A stretch of 36,456 bases of DNA from Candidatus Udaeobacter sp. (GTDB lineage Bacteria > Verrucomicrobiota > Verrucomicrobiia > Chthoniobacterales > UBA10450), in the NCBI GenBank assembly GCA_041487635.1, contig JBGPNR010000001.1:1-36456 (forward strand), read 5' to 3'. This document shows positions 17,134-25,864 of the stretch, in pieces. The notes beneath the pieces were generated by a model, which was given only the letters and a program-made list of their open reading frames with translations, made no database searches and was not told the DNA's origin. Each line of letters begins with the position of its first letter. Position 1 is the stretch's first letter. The position numbers and the translations under genes are program-made.

Positions 17134-18152
17134 TCTTCGCTGTCCGATGTGCGCCGAAGCGTAATGACGGCGGGATTGTTGCCCCGACGGTACATCGAGA
17201 ATCCGTAGCAAATCGCGGCTGTATTTTCGCGAGCGTACCGAATGTGGTTCAACATCTCGTCCCAACGCTCGATGTACCAGCAGTTCGCCGTCTTCTTGCT
17301 CCCGGGAATCGGTACGTAACGATTTTCGGTGAACGTGAGAAACGCGCTCTCATCGGGCAACGGAAACGGCGTTGCCCAATTTGGCGACAGCCGCACGAAG
17401 CGCTTTCGCACGAGATCGAGCGCAAACACTGTTGTTCCATCGCTGCTGTTGAGATGCAGATCAAAGAACGCGAGACGCAGTGCGCCATCGAACAGAAAGC
17501 AGCGTTCCGGGTTCCGGTTCTCATGCAAAATTCCGAACGCTCCTTCAAATCCCGCGAGATCCACAAACGGCGTCTCGGTTCCGGATTTCGGGTCGCGCAA
17601 TAAATAATGTGCGCCGTGTCCAGGCATATCGACCTGATCGGCCTCATCGTTTGGATTTTCACGCAACACGAGCTCAAACGCACCGCCGGGAGATTTGTAG
17701 GTTGGCGTCGGCGTCGGCGATTCGTTAGGGGACTCGCTGGATTCGGGCGAACCACTGGGCGGAGGTGAATTTGCCGCTTCAGGCTCGGCGTTTGTGAAAT
17801 ACGGCGACGTCTTTGCTTCGACGTACCACGACGGCGCGTCCTCAAGCTTTTTCAGTCCTTCTCCATGCGGCTTAATCGTCCAGTACTCGACGATTTTGTG
17901 CGGTTTTTCCCGCGTGAATACAATCGTTTCGCCGCTCGAATCGAAAATCGGTGCGACGTCCTGCCCAGAGTTGTCATTCGTCAACTGGCGCAACAGTTTT
18001 CCATCCTCTCGATACAGATACAGATGGGAGTGACTGATTCCCTCCGCTTGCAGATAACGAATGGCGATTACGATTTCCGAATCGCCCCGCGCGATCGTCA
18101 CAAGGAGCGAAAATACTCCGGCGACAGCCAATATTCGAAGGGTCGAGCGCAT
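17130..18152 (-). CDS. secreted hypothetical protein with PD40/TolB-like segment and Pro/Ser-rich linker
   Basis: 340-aa ORF with the signal peptide MRSTLRILAVAGVFSLLVTIARG, a beta-propeller-blade-like segment (LTNDNSGQDVAPIFDSSGETIVFT) and the linker SPPPSGSPESSESPNESPTPTPT. It is start/stop coupled to both neighbours. Confidence 0.65.
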   Translation of the reverse strand: MRSTLRILAVAGVFSLLVTIARGDSEIVIAIRYLQAEGISHSHLYLYREDGKLLRQLTNDNSGQDVAPIFDSSGETIVFTREKPHKIVEYWTIKPHGEGLKKLEDAPSWYVEAKTSPYFTNAEPEAANSPPPSGSPESSESPNESPTPTPTYKSPGGAFELVLRENPNDEADQVDMPGHGAHYLLRDPKSGTETPFVDLAGFEGAFGILHENRNPERCFLFDGALRLAFFDLHLNSSDGTTVFALDLVRKRFVRLSPNWATPFPLPDESAFLTFTENRYVPIPGSKKTANCWYIERWDEMLNHIRYARENTAAICYGFSMYRRGNNPAVITLRRTSDSEE

Positions 18153-19966
18153 CAGCGAAAAGGGAGTTGAATTGTGCTGGGGTGCGCAGCGTCATGATAA
18201 ATCTGCACGTGACACGTGCGCGCGTCCTTCGCCGTTTCATCGGCCACAACTCCGCCGGAGCAATAATTTTTTTGCCAAGAGATTGAATTGACGGCGGTGA
18301 CAATCAGGCGCAGGCGGCTGCCCTTCATTAGTCGGCGCGCGACGAACAATCCGGGGTTGAAATCGCATTTCAAAATCTCGCCCGGCTTAACGAGCTTGGC
18401 TTCGCGCAGCGACTCGCGGTAGCGCAGCCGGCCCAGGGTGCTCCACAACGCGATGGTTGTTCCGTCCGGCTGGACTTCGTAAAGATCGCACTCAAGATCG
18501 ACATCTGGGGTGTCAATGGAGAGCCACAGGGTGACTGCGGGACAACCAATCAATGGCGTCTCGTTTGGCAAGGGCTCGGTATGATACACTAAGCCATCGC
18601 TGCCGATGCTCAGCGCAAACGTCTGATCGATCGCGGCGGTTTTCTCTTTTGGGTCTACTCCTTCAACAAATTCGCCGCGGTGTGTGTCCAGTGGGTCGTA
18701 TGTGAATTTATCAGTACCGTCGGTCGGCCGCATTTCAGTCAGCGCGCCCGAGCGAAATACTCCGTTCGCATCACTATTCTTCGACGCGAGATAAAATGTC
18801 TTCGGATTGGCGATCAATGCTGCGAAATCGTCGGCGTATTTCCATTCGCCGTTGGCGCCGCTATTGCCGGGCGCTAGCAAATAATATGCGACCTGGCTTC
18901 TGAGGAAGGGCGGCTTCGGGCCGGCCTTCATTGTCCAGTCATACCATTGGCGATGCAGATCGTTAAGATCGACAATCGCACCGGGGCCGAATTTCACCCC
19001 AGCGACATCAGCCGTCGGCGTGCGTGTGCCGGCATGGTCCCACGGGCCAATGACAAGAAAATGTTTCGCCCGGGCTTCGGTTGAGGCGTTCGCCATGTGA
19101 TCACGATAGAACGTGAGCGCGCCCAACTCGTCGCCGTCATATTGGCCGGTAATCGTCAGGATCGGCAGTGTGATTTTTTGAAACTGGTCGCGCGTCGGAA
19201 GCATCGCATCGTAGTACGCATCGACCGTGGGATGTTTGAGGATGCGCTGAAAATTGACGGAGGGATTTCCGACAAAGGAATCGAGCGATTTAAATGGAAG
19301 GTGTTTCTTGTAAGCATCGAGGAATTTTGTACGCCAGAATTTTTGATCAGCGAAAAGGTTTTCCTGTCCGGTGCGGCCACTAGTGAGCGTAAACCACTGC
19401 ATGTCGTAGGTTTCGCCGACATTGTTGTAGGAAGGATAATCCAGCCCCGGGTGAGCAGCTGCCGCCGGAACGATCGTCGCAAGATGCGGCGGGAATTCTT
19501 TCGCCGTCGCCCATTGATCGAACCCCGCGTAAGACCCACCCCACATTGCGATTTTCCCGTCGCAAAACGGCTGTTTTGCTAACCACTCAACGACGTCATG
19601 TCCATCGCGCGGTTCGTTTGCAAATGGTTCAAACTCGCCGCCGGAATTTCCGCGACCTGGCACATCCACGAGCGCGAACGCGTATCCATGCGACGCGAAG
19701 TAGGCGCCGCGGGCGTGGTACGTATCGGAAATGTAAGGAGTGAGCGTGAAGATCACCGGCGTCTTCGGCTGCGATCCGTCCAGCGTTTTCGGTAAATACA
19801 ACGTCGCGTTGAGTTCGACGTTGTCGCGCATTGGAATCTTTACGGCCCATCGCAGATTGTAATCAGCAGGCGGTTGTGCCGGAGATGGCGCTGGAGTTGG
19901 AGATTGTGCAGTGACGTTTGTGGTGAAGGCTGCGCAGAGCAGGCCTGCTAAGATTGACAATTTCAT
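18152..19966 (-). CDS. CocE/NonD family hydrolase (peptidase S15, Xaa-Pro dipeptidyl-peptidase-like), secreted
   Basis: ATG at 19966 gives the signal peptide MKLSILAGLLCAAFTTNVTA (the ORF-track TTG start is at 19975). Motifs include VDVPGRGNSGGEF, the nucleophile elbow WGGSYAG and a C-terminal beta-sandwich region. Confidence 0.85.
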   Translation of the reverse strand: MKLSILAGLLCAAFTTNVTAQSPTPAPSPAQPPADYNLRWAVKIPMRDNVELNATLYLPKTLDGSQPKTPVIFTLTPYISDTYHARGAYFASHGYAFALVDVPGRGNSGGEFEPFANEPRDGHDVVEWLAKQPFCDGKIAMWGGSYAGFDQWATAKEFPPHLATIVPAAAAHPGLDYPSYNNVGETYDMQWFTLTSGRTGQENLFADQKFWRTKFLDAYKKHLPFKSLDSFVGNPSVNFQRILKHPTVDAYYDAMLPTRDQFQKITLPILTITGQYDGDELGALTFYRDHMANASTEARAKHFLVIGPWDHAGTRTPTADVAGVKFGPGAIVDLNDLHRQWYDWTMKAGPKPPFLRSQVAYYLLAPGNSGANGEWKYADDFAALIANPKTFYLASKNSDANGVFRSGALTEMRPTDGTDKFTYDPLDTHRGEFVEGVDPKEKTAAIDQTFALSIGSDGLVYHTEPLPNETPLIGCPAVTLWLSIDTPDVDLECDLYEVQPDGTTIALWSTLGRLRYRESLREAKLVKPGEILKCDFNPGLFVARRLMKGSRLRLIVTAVNSISWQKNYCSGGVVADETAKDARTCHVQIYHDAAHPSTIQLPFR

Positions 19967-20174
19967 CTTGATCAATTCAACCGAAGAAGGCCTGGCGAGA
20001 CAAGAAAGTAGAATTCGACTAACGACTGGCGATGCATCCGCCGTTTACAGCAAATCGAGTTTGCGAGACGATAAGCGCGTGGCTCGCGGTCCTTCCAAGC
20101 ACAAGCAAACTCAGAGCCGCAGCAATTCCGGGCGAGCGACGGCTTTGAACCGAGCGTCGACGCTGAACCGGCAG

Positions 20175-22217
20175 ATGAATGCTGCTCGGACAATTCGTCT
20201 GTCGCAAGCGGAGTTGCTTTGCGCCAGCACCGTATTTCTTGTGGCGCTACTTCTTTATGGCTGGACGCTTGCTTCCACGGTTACTCTCGTCGACAGCGGC
20301 GAATTGATAGTGGCTGCTCAAGGGCTGGGAGTTGCGCATCCGCCGGGCTTCCCTCTATGGGTCATGCTCGCGCATCTCGCATCGCTGGTGCCTTTGGGAA
20401 ACGTTGCGCTTCGCATCAATTTTTCGTCTGCTCTTTTCGCTGCGCTGGCGTCCGCGATGCTCACTCTCATTGTCGCGGACTTGATGATTACAGGTTCATA
20501 TCTCTCCACGTCGAAGCAGAAACGCGCGCAGCGAAGAAGAGAGGATGACGACTCGAGCTTTGGCCGGCTTTTGATCTTCGCGCCTGCGCTTGGCGCGGGC
20601 TTGCTCCTGGCGTTTTCTCGAACGCTTTGGTCGTACGCGACAATCACTGAAGTCTACACTCTCAACGCGCTGCTAATTCTCACGGTTTTTTTTCTGCTGC
20701 TTCGCTGGCGGCGGCGCATCGTCGCGGACCAAGGGAATGCTGGCGCGGCGCTTGCGGCACACGACAGTTGGCTTTATGTCGCCGCTCTCGTGTTTGGGTT
20801 GTCGCTGGGCGTGCATCACGTCACGGTGGGACTGACACTTCCGGCTCTCGCCGTGATCGTTTACAGGACGCAGGGACTGAGATTTTTCACAGGCCGACGA
20901 CTGATATATGCGGCGCTGATTTCGATTGCCGGCCTGGTCGCTGTTTACGCCTATTTGCCGTTTGCAGCGTCCCGGTCACCTGTCATTAACTGGGGCAATC
21001 CGCGTTCACTGCAAGAGATTTGGTGGCATGTAACCGGTCGCCAATACCGAGTGTTTCTCTCCTTCAGTCCATCGACGATGGGAACGCAGTTCCTTGAATT
21101 TTGCCGAATGCTCCTGCGCGAATTCGGCCCTGCCTGGATGCCTTTGCCGCTATTATTGGCTTTTACCGGTTTTGCCAGTGCTTACAAGAGAGACCGCACA
21201 ACCTTTTGGTTTCTCTTATTCATCATCATCGCCAACTTGGCGTACGATCTCAGCTACCAAATTGCGGAAGACAAGGACGCGTACTATTTGCCGACATTCA
21301 TTGCGATGGCGATCGGTGCAGGGTTCGGCATTCGTTGGCTAATCCAAATCACCGTCTCGAAGTCCACGCGATCAAGTGGGTACTGGGCCGCAGTAATTGC
21401 CATTTTACTCACATCAGCAACAGCGTTCGCGGCGAATTGGCCATTCAACAATCGCAGACATTACTTTATTGCCCACGATTATGTTGAAAATCTACTCAGC
21501 ACGATCGAGCCCAATGGCCTCTTGCTCACACAAGACTGGCAGGTCGTGTCGCCCATGTTCTATGCCCAGGAAGTGGAGCGACGCCGGCCCGACGTCAAAG
21601 TTGTCGACATTAATCTGCTGCGTCGTTCGTGGTATTTCGATTATCTAAGACACGCCTATCCTAGCTTGATCGAGCGGTCACGCGAGAAGATTGACACATA
21701 TCTTGAGGACCTCAAAGAATGGGAGCGCGATCCTGGGGCTTTTGCCAGAAACGACTTTCTTACTCAAAAGATCAGCACGGCTTTTTTCGAGATGATCCGA
21801 TCGATTGTAATGAACGAGAACAGGGTCGCACCAGTTTATATTGCACAAGACTTGCTCTTCGCGGACACAACGAACGGTCAAGTGACCAAGTGGATCATGC
21901 AAAATTATCAACTTGTTCCGCAAGGTCTGGTTTTCAACCTCGCGGCTGACCAGAGCTTTCACGATTCGCCAGAGCCGCGCCTCCAGACTCGCGGCCTGGC
22001 TGACGGGACAGTGCGGTTTGACAAGGATGACGTAGTGAACCTCAAGATTTTACCGGCGTACACCAGCATGTTAGTCAATCGTGGACGCTACCTCGCCTTA
22101 TTCAATCAGTACGAGCGCGCCATGGTTGCGTTCAAAGAGGCACTCGCACTCAATCCCAGCCTCACCGCGGCGCGAGAAGGCCTTGCGAAAAGCGCGGCGA
22201 AACTGGGCAAGCCTTAG
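20175..22217 (+). CDS. DUF2723 (TMEM260-like GT-C fold) membrane protein with C-terminal TPR region
   Basis: ATG at 20175. The N-terminal loop motifs VDSGELIVAAQGLGVAHPPGFPLW are characteristic of DUF2723. Many TM helices follow, then a TPR-like tail (NRGRYLALFNQYERAMVAFKEALALNP). The ORF-track 5' extension to 19911 overlaps the divergent gene. Confidence 0.8.
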   Translation: MNAARTIRLSQAELLCASTVFLVALLLYGWTLASTVTLVDSGELIVAAQGLGVAHPPGFPLWVMLAHLASLVPLGNVALRINFSSALFAALASAMLTLIVADLMITGSYLSTSKQKRAQRRREDDDSSFGRLLIFAPALGAGLLLAFSRTLWSYATITEVYTLNALLILTVFFLLLRWRRRIVADQGNAGAALAAHDSWLYVAALVFGLSLGVHHVTVGLTLPALAVIVYRTQGLRFFTGRRLIYAALISIAGLVAVYAYLPFAASRSPVINWGNPRSLQEIWWHVTGRQYRVFLSFSPSTMGTQFLEFCRMLLREFGPAWMPLPLLLAFTGFASAYKRDRTTFWFLLFIIIANLAYDLSYQIAEDKDAYYLPTFIAMAIGAGFGIRWLIQITVSKSTRSSGYWAAVIAILLTSATAFAANWPFNNRRHYFIAHDYVENLLSTIEPNGLLLTQDWQVVSPMFYAQEVERRRPDVKVVDINLLRRSWYFDYLRHAYPSLIERSREKIDTYLEDLKEWERDPGAFARNDFLTQKISTAFFEMIRSIVMNENRVAPVYIAQDLLFADTTNGQVTKWIMQNYQLVPQGLVFNLAADQSFHDSPEPRLQTRGLADGTVRFDKDDVVNLKILPAYTSMLVNRGRYLALFNQYERAMVAFKEALALNPSLTAAREGLAKSAAKLGKP

Positions 22218-22297
22218 TACTGTCTTGAGAATGGGGCGTGCGGCGTTTGCCACATTCCTTTCTTGCCAGCGTACTACATTGCTTCTAAACGAGCGGG

Positions 22298-23665
22298 ATG
22301 AGAATCACGTTTCGTATTCTTCTACTTTTCCTGTTTTTCGACGTGTCGGTGCACGCGGCCGATCAGCCAATCGCGCTTAAAGCTGCGCGAATGTTCGACG
22401 GCAAATCGAACGCCCTCGTGCAAAATGCCGTCGTTATCGTACAGGGCGACAAAATCGTCGATGCGGGAAGCAATTTGCCGATCCCCAGAGGAGCGCAGGT
22501 CATCGACCTTGGCGACGCGACGCTTTCGCCTGGTTTCATGGATGCGCATACGCATCTGACGCTTGATTTCTCCGGAGATTACAATCTGCGCCGGCTAAAA
22601 GAGGTCGACCTCAATGTTTCCGAGCAGGCGATCATTGCCACGGCGCATGCGCGCGCCACTGTCGAAGCGGGGTTCACTACCGTGCGCGATCTTGGAAGCC
22701 GCTTCGTTGGTAGCCGCGAGTTCGTCGATGTCGCGCTACGCAATTCGATCAACAAAGGCGTGATTGTCGGGCCGCGTATGCTGGTCGCGACGAAAGGCAT
22801 CGGCGCCACAGGCGGACATTTCGATCCCACCAGCGGGTTTCGCGATTTTCTTTTTGGACGCGAGCCGGACTACACAGACGGGATTGCGGACGGCGCTGAC
22901 GAAATTCGAAAGGCGGTGCGGTTTGAGGTGAGGAATGGCGCGGATGTGATCAAGGCCGCAGTCTCCGGCGGCGTACTTTCACTCGCCGACGAAGTCGACA
23001 CTCCGCAATTGACGCCGGCTGAAATGGCTGCGCTCGTCGACGAATCGCATCGCTTACGCAAAAAAGTGGCTGTGCATTGTCACGGCGATCAGGCCGCGCA
23101 CGAGGCGATTGAAGCGGGAGTTGATTCGATTGAACACGGTTCTTTTATGAAACCGGAAACGCTGACGATGATGAAAAGAAAGGGAACATTTCTTACGCCC
23201 ACGCTCATGGCGACCGAATGGATCATGAGCAAGATCGACAATTACCCGCCGGCATTACAGGCCAAAGCCAAAGCCGCAGCGGCAGCGCGCTCGGATATGT
23301 TCCGCAATGCAGTGAAGATTGGCGTGAAGATTTCATTTGGAACGGACGCGGCAGTTTTTCCGCACGGGCAAAATGCAAAAGAATTCAAACTAATGGTCGA
23401 TCTCGGAATGACACCAGTCGATGCATTGAGATCCGCGACCGCAAACGACGCCGAGCTTTTGGGAGTCGGTCAAAAGGTCGGCACGCTGGAAAAAGGCAAA
23501 CTGGCCGATGTCATTGCCATGCCGGGCGACCCGACTTCCGACATTACTGCAACCGAGCGCGTTTTGTTCGTGATGAAAGAGGGCAAAATTATCCGCCGGG
23601 GCGCGCCGACAGTGCAAGGAATCTCCGAATCGACAACGCCAGACATCGCAGCGCCGGTCGATTGA
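22298..23665 (+). CDS. secreted amidohydrolase-family metallohydrolase
   Basis: 455-aa ORF with a signal peptide, the HxH metal motif PGFMDAHTHL, plus VAVHCHG, SIEHG and FGTDA motifs of the amidohydrolase superfamily. Confidence 0.85.
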   Translation: MRITFRILLLFLFFDVSVHAADQPIALKAARMFDGKSNALVQNAVVIVQGDKIVDAGSNLPIPRGAQVIDLGDATLSPGFMDAHTHLTLDFSGDYNLRRLKEVDLNVSEQAIIATAHARATVEAGFTTVRDLGSRFVGSREFVDVALRNSINKGVIVGPRMLVATKGIGATGGHFDPTSGFRDFLFGREPDYTDGIADGADEIRKAVRFEVRNGADVIKAAVSGGVLSLADEVDTPQLTPAEMAALVDESHRLRKKVAVHCHGDQAAHEAIEAGVDSIEHGSFMKPETLTMMKRKGTFLTPTLMATEWIMSKIDNYPPALQAKAKAAAAARSDMFRNAVKIGVKISFGTDAAVFPHGQNAKEFKLMVDLGMTPVDALRSATANDAELLGVGQKVGTLEKGKLADVIAMPGDPTSDITATERVLFVMKEGKIIRRGAPTVQGISESTTPDIAAPVD

Positions 23666-23695
23666 TGCGCCCGTGGCATTTATTGGCATAAGGCT

Positions 23696-23723
23696 TTGAC
23701 AAGGCGAAGATAGCCGCTACCTT
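23696..23723 (+). promoter_or_regulatory. candidate sigma-70-type promoter for rplA-rplJ-rplL(-rpoBC)
   Basis: TTGACA at 23696-23701, a 16-nt spacer, then TACCTT at 23718-23723, about 90 nt upstream of the rplA ATG. Pattern match only. Confidence 0.3.
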
Positions 23724-23813
23724 CCGTGCTCCGTTCATGGATTGAGGTGGAGCGGTTTTAAGCAGGAGCCTCGTTGCTGTGCCAAGTGACTGGGCATTTG
23801 AACTGCATAAGAA

Positions 23814-24515
23814 ATGCAAACGAATCGAAGCAAACGTTATCGCGCGGCCGCTGAGCAGGTCGATCGAAGTAAGACTTACAGTCTTCACGATGCCGTCTCG
23901 ACGCTGAAGAAGTTTCCGCCGACAAAGTTTGATCAGACGGTGACGGTTTCATTCCGACTCGGCGTGGATCCCAAGCAATCTGATCAAATGGTGCGCGGGA
24001 CCTGCCCCCTTCCGCATGGGAGTGGAAAACAGGTGCGCGTACTTGTTTTCGCCGAAGGGGAGGCGGCAAAGGCAGCCAAAGAAGCCGGGGCCGAATTTGT
24101 GGGGATGAAAGATCTGATTCAGAAGTGCCAGGAAGGCTTTCAGGATTTTGATGTGGCGGTCGCTACGCCTGCGGCAATGGCTGAAGTGCGTAAGCTGGGC
24201 AAGGTCTTGGGGCCTCGCGGATTAATGCCTAATCCAAGGACCGGGACCGTGACCGATGACACTGCGAAAGCTGTGCAGGAGGTGAAGGCGGGCCGCGTAG
24301 AATTCAAGCTCGACAAGAATGGCAACGTTGCGGTCCCAGTCGGGAAATTTTCCTTTGAAGAAAAAGCGCTCATAGAAAACGGAACCGCAGTGATCGAAGC
24401 CGTTGTGCGGGCTCGTCCGGCGACAGCTAAGGGTCGCTACCTTGAAGGGGTGACAGTCAGTGCGACCATGTCGCCAGGAGTCCGCGTCGATCCGGCACCG
24501 TATTTGAATAGTTAG
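23814..24515 (+). CDS. rplA: 50S ribosomal protein L1
   Basis: 233-aa ORF with a typical L1 N-terminus (KRYRAAAEQVDRSKTYSLHDAV) and the core motifs GTCPLPHG and GPRGLMPNP. Confidence 0.97.
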   Translation: MQTNRSKRYRAAAEQVDRSKTYSLHDAVSTLKKFPPTKFDQTVTVSFRLGVDPKQSDQMVRGTCPLPHGSGKQVRVLVFAEGEAAKAAKEAGAEFVGMKDLIQKCQEGFQDFDVAVATPAAMAEVRKLGKVLGPRGLMPNPRTGTVTDDTAKAVQEVKAGRVEFKLDKNGNVAVPVGKFSFEEKALIENGTAVIEAVVRARPATAKGRYLEGVTVSATMSPGVRVDPAPYLNS

Positions 24516-24540
24516 GTAAAAATAATCACGTCAAAACTAA

Positions 24541-25074
24541 ATGCGATCCGAAAAAGCCAGCATAGTTGCAGATCTGTCCGATAAATTGAAGCGCTCGCCT
24601 TTCGTGCTTGTGACCGATTATCAGCACATGAAGGTCGCTGATTTCAGCGAATTGCGGAACCGACTGGCGCCAACAGGCGCGGAAATGCACGTGGTGAAAA
24701 ACAATTTCCTCAAGCGCGCCATGGCGGATTCCGGTTTGCCCGATGTTAGTGATCAATTAGTAGGCCAGACGGCAGTTGTCACAGGCGAGCAAGATGTGGC
24801 GCCCGTAGCAAAGATTTTCAAGACGTTTGCGACCGAATTTAAGATCGCCGCCCTTAAGATTGGTTTTGTCGATCGCACGGTTCTCTCCACGGCCGAATTG
24901 GAGACATTGGCAGAATTGCCCGCACGCGACGTTTTGCAGGCGCAGTTGCTCGGGTTGCTTCTATCTCCGGCCACGAAATTCGTGCGTATATTGAGCGAGC
25001 CCGGCGCAGCATTGGCGCGGTTATTGAATGCAAAAGCTCAAAAGGAAGGTAAACCAGCGGAGGCAAGCGCATAG
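24541..25074 (+). CDS. rplJ: 50S ribosomal protein L10
   Basis: 177-aa ORF, 25 nt after rplA. L10-like sequence (VTDYQHMKVADFSELRNRL) with a helical C-terminus for L7/L12 binding. Confidence 0.93.
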   Translation: MRSEKASIVADLSDKLKRSPFVLVTDYQHMKVADFSELRNRLAPTGAEMHVVKNNFLKRAMADSGLPDVSDQLVGQTAVVTGEQDVAPVAKIFKTFATEFKIAALKIGFVDRTVLSTAELETLAELPARDVLQAQLLGLLLSPATKFVRILSEPGAALARLLNAKAQKEGKPAEASA

Positions 25075-25150
25075 AAGATTTCGCGCCGCTTTTGGCGGTG
25101 CGAGTAACCAAAACGAAAACTGACCGGGTCGGCGGCTGTCGATCTTAATT

Positions 25151-25168
25151 CTCCGAAGGCTTTCGGAG
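25151..25168 (+). other. 7-bp hairpin in the rplJ-rplL spacer
   Basis: ctccgaa-ggct-ttcggag. A second GU-containing hairpin, gcgccgc-ttttg-gcggtgc, lies about 60 nt upstream. Regulatory role unknown. Confidence 0.3.
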
Positions 25169-25193
25169 GCGGCAATTGGAGGAAAGATACAAC

Positions 25194-25589
25194 ATGGCAG
25201 ATACAGACAAATTGGTGGAGCAACTCAGCAACCTGTCGGTGCTGGAGATTGCTGGATTGGTCAAGCAGCTTGAGGAAAAATGGGGAGTGAGCGCAGCCGC
25301 ACCGGTGGCGATGGCGGCCAATCCCGCTTCAGCGGGCGCACCTGGCGGAACAGCAGCTCCAGCGGCTGAGGAGAAGACCACGTTTGACGTGATCCTCACA
25401 GAAATGGGCGCAAACAAGATCGCTGTGATCAAGGAGGTCCGCGGCGCAGTCCCGGGGCTTGGTTTGGCGGAAGCGAAGGCGCTCGTAGAAGGAGCGCCCA
25501 AAACGATCAAGGAAGGTGTGACGAAGCAGGAGGCAGAGGAGATCAAGAAAAAGATCGAAGCTGCGGGTGCAAAAGTTGAAATCAAATAA
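25194..25589 (+). CDS. rplL: 50S ribosomal protein L7/L12
   Basis: ATG at 25194 with GGAGGA 10 nt upstream. Sequence begins [32 protein letters not shown], followed by an Ala/Pro hinge and the conserved C-terminal domain ending KVEIK. Confidence 0.97.
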   Translation: MADTDKLVEQLSNLSVLEIAGLVKQLEEKWGVSAAAPVAMAANPASAGAPGGTAAPAAEEKTTFDVILTEMGANKIAVIKEVRGAVPGLGLAEAKALVEGAPKTIKEGVTKQEAEEIKKKIEAAGAKVEIK

Positions 25590-25864
25590 TTAATCCGATT
25601 TTAAGCGGCCGCGGGGCAGGAAAGTACTTGCGCCTCGCCGTATTCGGAGTAGAGTTGGATTTGGTTAAAGCTAGGTAGGCGTATTTTTAACCCGGCGCTA
25701 AAAGGCAAAACACATTATTGGCAACGAGACGGGGTCGTCAATTTGACAGGACGCTGTTTCGATGCCATTTTTGTGTCCCTCGCTCGTCGTTGAACCGGTA
25801 AAATCTTGCCCGCGTCGGCCCACGTTTTGGTGTGGTCGCTGCGAGGCTCTTCATCTTAGTGACT

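Noticed and set aside
19911-20174. 5' extension of the DUF2723 ORF overlapping the divergent CocE/NonD start
   Set aside because: The extension is low-complexity and overlaps the signal-peptide region of the opposite gene. The conserved DUF2723 N-terminus begins after ATG 20175.
13463-23813. Prophage or integrative element explanation for the rplK-rplA block
   Set aside because: No integrase, recombinase, transposase, phage structural genes or flanking direct repeats were seen, and the cargo is mostly secreted hydrolases. I kept it as an insertion or rearrangement of unknown mechanism, not as a named mobile element.
25743-25771. TTGACA hexamer in the rplL-rpoB spacer as an internal rpoBC promoter
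   Set aside because: The best -10 candidates at 17-18 nt spacing (CATTTT or ATTTTT) are poor matches, so the evidence is too weak to list as a feature.
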